Below, piece after piece: positions 58,979 through 64,000 of a stretch of 64,000 bases of DNA. The notes under the pieces were generated by a model. It saw only the letters and a program-made list of their open reading frames with translations. It did no database searches and was not told where the DNA came from. The translations under genes and the position numbers were made by a program. The DNA lies in the NCBI GenBank assembly GCA_040754625.1, contig JBFMCF010000096.1, positions 1,651 to 65,650 on the forward strand, given 5' to 3'. Source of the DNA: a bacterium (GTDB taxonomy: Bacteria > JACRDZ01 > JAQUKH01). Each line of letters begins with the position of its first letter. Position 1 is the first letter of the stretch.

Positions 58979-60589
58979 TTATTTTTTGTTTTCTAAATCT
59001 TCTTCCTTTTCCGGGACAATGATAATGTCCCCGCGGGAAATAATTTCATCACCTTTTAATTTCGTGAGGACCTTTCCGCTTGCTTTAACAATATAAATCC
59101 CATTTACGTGCGCCCTTTCCGTAAGCCCCCCAACTATATCCAGGTAATAATTTATATTATTGCCTTCTTTGAAAATCACGGTCTCAGGGTTATAAACCGC
59201 CCCGCTTATCATTACCCATTCAGGGACAGGCGGTATATATAAACTATCGCCTTTTTCAAGGATTATATCATCTTCTCCATTGCTTATTTTAGAAAAATCA
59301 ATAATTATCCTGCCCCTGGGGGATTGGGCCGCGAATAATTGCAATGCCTTTTTTCTTTTATCTATTCCTGCCTGCCGGATTTCTCTTTCTTCCTTTAATA
59401 TCAGGGCTTCCGCCAAGCTTGCTTCTTCTTCCTGGATACCTATCTCTCTTGCCCTGATTTCCTTGTTAATTATTTCTTTTTGCTTTTCTATTAACACCTG
59501 CCTTGTCAAAATAATCCCTTCAGGGTAAGCCCATTCCGTCACCCCCTCGAACCGTTTAATTAAACTGCTGAGTTTCTCGCCGTCTTTAATTATATAGCTT
59601 CCCGGGTTAACCGCCTCACCTGTAACAGTGACAGTTTTCATCATATCTTTCCCGAAAGGAGTAAAATTATATTCCGGTGTAATAAGAATTGTGTCCATAT
59701 ACTCAATCCTTATATCATCTTTCGTGTTTATTATTTTTTCGAAATCGTCTGTTATAATTTCTTTCACGGCAATAATATTTTTAGTTTCATTATTAAAACG
59801 CATAACCTGTATTTTTTTATTAGATTTACCGGGAATAACGCCTGATGCTGTATTTATTACTGCCGACAGATTCGAATCTTTATTTATTTCATATATTCCG
59901 GGCCGGACAACATCCCCCCGGACTGCGGCTAAATTTTCTATAAGAGGGACAAAAATCTTGTCACCGTGCTGAAGCGTAATATTTTTTGAATCATCGCCTT
60001 TTAAAACAAACTGGTAAAAATCAAAAATACCTATAACCTTATTTCCCCTTACCAATCTTATATTTTTTAAGCTCCCGTTTTCAGCAGGCCCGCCGGTAAT
60101 TATCAATCCATCTAAAATTCTGGCAAAAGGGCTTATGGAGAACATCCCGGGCTTTCGGACACTTCCCAAAACTGAAATACGTATATCCTGGACATTCCCC
60201 AAACTTAAATCGAACTGGACATTTACATATTTCTGGTTTAACGCATTTTTTATCTTTTCCTTTACCTCTTCAAGGACACTACCTACCACATAAACCGACC
60301 CGATGCGGGGAATAAGAATTTTTCCGTCATTATCGATTACAAGTGTGTATTTTTCTTCTATCTTTCCCCAGAGATTAATCACCAGTGTATCCCCGACACC
60401 TAATTTAAAATCCGGCTCCAGACGGTAAATTTCGCCTTTAAAAGGCGTAGAAAAAGCCTTGGCAAATTCTGCGTTCCCTACGCGCTCTAAATCTCTGTTA
60501 AACTGGTAAAAAAGATCATCGGCAAGAGATGTTTTAACAAAAAATACCGTTAAAATAATTAATATGATGTTTTTAAGTAATCCGCGCAT
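58979..60589 (-). CDS. wza: Polysaccharide export outer-membrane protein (Wza-like; Poly_export + SLBB domains)
   Basis: Signal peptide, then a Poly_export motif region (YRLEPDFKLGVGDTLVINLWG) and repeated SLBB-like beta-grasp segments; 536 aa. Confidence 0.75.
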   Translation of the reverse strand: MRGLLKNIILIILTVFFVKTSLADDLFYQFNRDLERVGNAEFAKAFSTPFKGEIYRLEPDFKLGVGDTLVINLWGKIEEKYTLVIDNDGKILIPRIGSVYVVGSVLEEVKEKIKNALNQKYVNVQFDLSLGNVQDIRISVLGSVRKPGMFSISPFARILDGLIITGGPAENGSLKNIRLVRGNKVIGIFDFYQFVLKGDDSKNITLQHGDKIFVPLIENLAAVRGDVVRPGIYEINKDSNLSAVINTASGVIPGKSNKKIQVMRFNNETKNIIAVKEIITDDFEKIINTKDDIRIEYMDTILITPEYNFTPFGKDMMKTVTVTGEAVNPGSYIIKDGEKLSSLIKRFEGVTEWAYPEGIILTRQVLIEKQKEIINKEIRAREIGIQEEEASLAEALILKEEREIRQAGIDKRKKALQLFAAQSPRGRIIIDFSKISNGEDDIILEKGDSLYIPPVPEWVMISGAVYNPETVIFKEGNNINYYLDIVGGLTERAHVNGIYIVKASGKVLTKLKGDEIISRGDIIIVPEKEEDLENKK

Positions 60590-60672
60590 ATTTTCTCCAG
60601 TAAAATGAAATTGATATTATCATATAAAATAAAATTGTGTCAACTGATAAAACTATTTTTTATTATTTATTA

Positions 60673-61560
60673 TTATTCTTTATCCGGCAAATTGTTAATT
60701 TCGTCTTTATGGGCAAGAATAAATGATTCGAATTCAGTGCTGTCCATTAGATTAGACAGGCTTTTTATTATATCAGCCTGGATACTTTTATCCTGTTTTA
60801 AAAGGTCAACCATAGGTTCTATCGCGCGTTTGTCTTTTATTTTGCCCAGGGATTCCAGTATTGCCAAACGGACACCGCCCTCCTCAATCTTGAGGGCTTC
60901 AACCAGCGGACCTACCGCGCGGGTATCTTTGATATTGCCAAGTGCAATTACTACGCCGCATTGAAGGAACATATCATCCCGGAAATTCAGAAACCCTAAA
61001 AGGGTTTCGACTGCACGCTGGTCACCTATCCTGCCCAAAACTTCGGCCGCTTTTAATTTAACACCGGTATCCTCTTCATTTTTAAGTGTGTTAATAAGCG
61101 GTTCAACCGCGGGCCCGCCCATTTTGGCAAGTACATTCATTACTTCGTTATGCAGCGAACTGAAAGTATTTTTAAGTTCCGAAATAAGTAAATCCACTGA
61201 TGTGTCGCCCATACAACTCAAGGTTTTTACGGCCCCTTCACGTAAATTTTCGCTGTCGTCTCCAAGCGCCTCAATAAGGATTATTACCGCAGGTTTACCT
61301 ATCTTACATAACGCTTCTGATACCTCTTCACGAATATTTTCATTGCTGTCCTGGAATGTTTCAATAAGGCTTTTCACAGCGCGTCCGTCTCTTAATTCGC
61401 CTAAATCCATTACGGCCTTTTTGCGGATATTACTGTCGCGATTTTTAAGTAAATCAATAGTTTCCTGCATTTTTTCCGGGGTTGTCTGTGATTGAGAATC
61501 CCCCAGACCGAACAAAAACCCGAAAAATAAAGTTAGAATGAATATTTTCTTTGACTTCAC
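60673..61560 (-). CDS. Secreted HEAT/PBS-lyase-repeat protein
   Basis: Signal peptide MKSKKIFILTLFFGFLFGLG followed by about 8 HEAT-like repeats (D...R..A...LG.....AV..L...L.D). Confidence 0.5.
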   Translation of the reverse strand: MKSKKIFILTLFFGFLFGLGDSQSQTTPEKMQETIDLLKNRDSNIRKKAVMDLGELRDGRAVKSLIETFQDSNENIREEVSEALCKIGKPAVIILIEALGDDSENLREGAVKTLSCMGDTSVDLLISELKNTFSSLHNEVMNVLAKMGGPAVEPLINTLKNEEDTGVKLKAAEVLGRIGDQRAVETLLGFLNFRDDMFLQCGVVIALGNIKDTRAVGPLVEALKIEEGGVRLAILESLGKIKDKRAIEPMVDLLKQDKSIQADIIKSLSNLMDSTEFESFILAHKDEINNLPDKE

Positions 61561-61637
61561 GATCTTTTCCTTAGAGCTCTTGATACAGTTTTAACACTAT
61601 ATGATACCAGATTTTTGAAAATTTGTGAAAATTTTTT

Positions 61638-63284
61638 TCAGGTTTCTTTGAAGATACTCAAAAGATGCGGGGCCAACTGTTTTTTGCGGGACAAAACGCC
61701 TTTTAATTCGGCAATATGCGGTTCCAGTAAAGGGTAACCCAAACGGCGGCAGAGATTAACATCTCCGTCAAAAACCAATAAGCTGTTCGATACCGAAATA
61801 TCCGTTACGAGAAGGGCGGAAAAATTATATTTGCGGCTGCGCCTTATTTTTACAAGTTCTTCAGTAAGCCGGTGTTTAATTTTGTCAAATTCGCTAAAAC
61901 CGACTAATTCTATCTGGCCCACTCCAAAAGTAATTTTCCCTGTTTTATACTCCTTAAAATCAGAAAGTATAATTTCCTCGGGGCTGCGGCCCGCAATATT
62001 CACCCCTGATGCCAATAGTTTCGCGCTATAGATTTCTAAATCCAGTTTCGCGGTATTATTGAGCCTTTCCATCATCTCTTTATCCAATGCGGTTGTCGTA
62101 GGAGATTTTAAATTAACAGTATCCGATATTATTCCCGAAATCAAAAGCCCTGCAGTTTTCGGATCTATTTCGATATTTTTTTCAAAATAAAGCCTGGATA
62201 TTAAAGTGCATGTGCTTCCCACCGGCTGGTTAATGAACAATATAGGATGCAGGGTTTCACGGTTGGCGAGCCTATGATGGTCTATAATCTCCATAATCTC
62301 GCACTGGTCTGCCCCGTCCACTGATTGCGAAATTTCATTATGGTCTATTAAAATGAGCTTTGGTTTGGAGAATTTCAAAAAATCAGCCATGGTAATTATC
62401 CCGGTAATTTTATGCTCCTCGTTAAGCACCGCCATGCCCCTGTTATAAGCCTTCAGGATTTTTAGCTGTGCCTCTTCCAATAACTCATCCGCGGTAAATG
62501 TGCCGTCGTAATTTTGCGCCACACGGTAAGCCGGTGTACTCAGCCTGACAAATCCAAGTGTTGTAGCGGTATCATATGGTGAAACTAGGAGGTTTACATT
62601 ATGCTCAACCGCCATACGGCGTATTTCTTCGGAAATGGACAGCCCGCCTGTAACCACGAGTGCCCTTACCCCGTTTTCAATAGCAATCTCCTGGATTTCC
62701 TCCCTATCCCCGGTTATCACAATACATTTTTTATGGTCAAGCCCGGACAAAACCTTGCCAAAAGAAAGTTCCTGCATCGCGCCCACAAGAAAAATTCCCT
62801 GGAAAACGTCATCAGAATGGTAAGCGTTCAGCAATTTTCCTCCGAGAGCGGCATGTATATACTTGACTGATGTAAAAATTTCACGTGAGTTTAACGGTGT
62901 CACCTCGCGAAAAAGCCCGTGGGCGATATCAAATAAGCTTACTATCCCGCAGTAACAATCCCTTTCATCAACCAACGGTATTAAACGGATATTATTTTTT
63001 TCCATCACAGCCAGTAATTCTTTTAATGATGCGTTCTTATTGCAAAAAATCACCTCTTTACTCATCGCATGTCCCACGTTGGGCGTGATGTCCGGAAGGA
63101 ATAAAGGCGCGGGAACACCAAAATATGATAATACAAATTCCGTTTGCAGGTTAAGGTTCCCCGCCCTCGCGGGAACCACATTATTTTCCCCCTGGGATTG
63201 TTTGAGTTTCGCGTATGCAATTGCCGCGCATATTGAATCTGTATCGGGGTTTTTATGGCCGATTATGAATATATTACTAATCAT
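61638..63284 (-). CDS. CBS-domain-containing family-II (DHH/DHHA2) inorganic pyrophosphatase-like phosphoesterase
   Basis: N-terminal DHH motif (IIGHKNPDTDSICAAIAYA), internal CBS pair and DRTGG-like region, C-terminal DHHA2 (LIDHNE...GADQCEIMEIIDHH). 548 aa. Confidence 0.65.
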   Translation of the reverse strand: MISNIFIIGHKNPDTDSICAAIAYAKLKQSQGENNVVPARAGNLNLQTEFVLSYFGVPAPLFLPDITPNVGHAMSKEVIFCNKNASLKELLAVMEKNNIRLIPLVDERDCYCGIVSLFDIAHGLFREVTPLNSREIFTSVKYIHAALGGKLLNAYHSDDVFQGIFLVGAMQELSFGKVLSGLDHKKCIVITGDREEIQEIAIENGVRALVVTGGLSISEEIRRMAVEHNVNLLVSPYDTATTLGFVRLSTPAYRVAQNYDGTFTADELLEEAQLKILKAYNRGMAVLNEEHKITGIITMADFLKFSKPKLILIDHNEISQSVDGADQCEIMEIIDHHRLANRETLHPILFINQPVGSTCTLISRLYFEKNIEIDPKTAGLLISGIISDTVNLKSPTTTALDKEMMERLNNTAKLDLEIYSAKLLASGVNIAGRSPEEIILSDFKEYKTGKITFGVGQIELVGFSEFDKIKHRLTEELVKIRRSRKYNFSALLVTDISVSNSLLVFDGDVNLCRRLGYPLLEPHIAELKGVLSRKKQLAPHLLSIFKET

Positions 63285-63599
63285 AACTATCTCTTTTTAT
63301 TTGTCTTTCTCTTTTGGGGTGGCCTTTTCTATTAATTTGTTCATGTCTTTCTCCCAGGAACTCCCTTTTTGTTCTTCGTTACCTTTTCTCGGCCGGCTGC
63401 AGCCTAAAAAACCAATAATAAGAAAAAGGCTTAACATATATGATAATAATCTCCTGAAACCGGATTTTTTCATTTTTGCTCCTTTTATTTATCCCGATAG
63501 AAGCCTTTAACTCCCTCTATTTTCCAAAGCGGGAAATAACTTTTAACGGAATTTATTACTTATAATACTACCAGATTGGATTTTTTGGCAATAGATATT

Positions 63600-63995
63600 T
63601 TAATCCGCTTTTTTTATGTTTGAAATAAAATGCACCACCCCGCCGGCCAAACTAAACATCATACCCACGCTGAAATATAAAAGAGAAATAAAAATGGCCT
63701 CTTCGGAGGGAACATTGACTTTGTTAAACAAATATACAAATATACCTTCACGGACCCCTATTCCGCTCAAAGATATGGGGATTACTGTCGCGAGAAACAC
63801 AATCGGCACAAAAATAAAAAAGTAAAAAACGCTTAAATCAAGACCTGCCGCCCTCGCGACAAAATAACAGCTTATTATTGATAAAATCTGCATCAACAAC
63901 GAATAGAATAATACCTTGAGAAGGACCTTCCGGTGTGTGATAAAAAAATGCATTGCCTCATAAAAAATTATAATATACTGTTTTATTTTATCCAA
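63600..63995 (-). CDS. Membrane protein, flippase-like / LPG-synthase-TM (UPF0104) domain, C-terminal part; the N-terminus probably continues beyond the window edge
   Basis: FVPIVFLATVIPISLSGIGVREGIFVYLF is characteristic of the UPF0104 flippase-like domain. The ORF reaches the window end. Confidence 0.3.
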   Translation of the reverse strand: MDKIKQYIIIFYEAMHFFITHRKVLLKVLFYSLLMQILSIISCYFVARAAGLDLSVFYFFIFVPIVFLATVIPISLSGIGVREGIFVYLFNKVNVPSEEAIFISLLYFSVGMMFSLAGGVVHFISNIKKAD

Positions 63996-64000
63996 TGCCT

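Noticed and set aside
1-64000. tRNA/rRNA genes
   Set aside because: Scanned for GTTCGAATC-like T-loop motifs with CCA context and for rRNA-like conserved blocks; none found. Intergenic space is too sparse and too AT-rich for such genes.

Overview
This window is almost entirely one very large, co-directional (minus-strand) surface-polysaccharide biosynthesis locus, running from about 63.3 kb down to 2.3 kb in an AT-rich genome. It contains more than 55 tightly packed or overlapping genes. At the low-coordinate edge it ends in a cluster of transposase genes and fragments (IS110-like fragment, IS3-like fragment, an intact rve/DDE transposase). All the following calls rest on motif-level reading of the supplied translations; no database search was run.

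Export and assembly genes are redundant:
- Wza outer-membrane exporter.
- Two Wzz-like chain-length determinants.
- Two Wzx-type flippases.
- Three Wzy_C/O-antigen-ligase-like membrane proteins plus one further Wzy-like polymerase.
- A PglC/CapM-like initiating phosphoglycosyltransferase and a CapD-like membrane UDP-GlcNAc 4,6-dehydratase.
- At least eight glycosyltransferases (GT4 x6, GT2-like x2, one other GT-A).

Several nucleotide-sugar pathways are recognisable:
- GDP-L-fucose (ManC, Gmd, Fcl).
- A UDP-L-FucNAc/L-FucNAm-type pathway (FnlB/CapF, FnlC/CapG, WbuXYZ amidotransferase-cyclase trio), with no FnlA seen in the window.
- A putative GDP-(6-deoxy)heptose-like cassette: GHMP heptokinase-like, nucleotidyltransferase, Gmd-like dehydratase, RmlC-like epimerase, two SDRs, a Nudix hydrolase and a split transketolase.
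- Kdo-branch enzymes KdsD/KpsF and KdsC.

Decoration genes are:
- Glycerol-phosphate addition (TagD plus a TagF-like transferase).
- Two AsnB-like amidotransferases.
- Three SAM-dependent methyltransferases.
- A B12-binding radical SAM enzyme and a second radical SAM with SPASM-like Cys clusters.
- A GT75/RGP-like protein (UDP-arabinopyranose-mutase family).
- A NusG/RfaH-family antiterminator paralog embedded mid-locus.

Mobile or accessory material is embedded in the locus:
- A HigB/HigA-like toxin-antitoxin pair bracketed by about 135-bp direct repeats.
- An ORF6N (KilA-N-like) gene wedged between gmd and fcl.
- An orphan MNT-type nucleotidyltransferase between wza and wzz.
- A MITE-like imperfect palindromic element in two inverted copies; one copy supplies the C-terminal codons and stop of a ligase-like gene.
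- A 7-bp x4 tandem repeat inside gmd.

No tRNA or rRNA genes were seen, and no CRISPR array.
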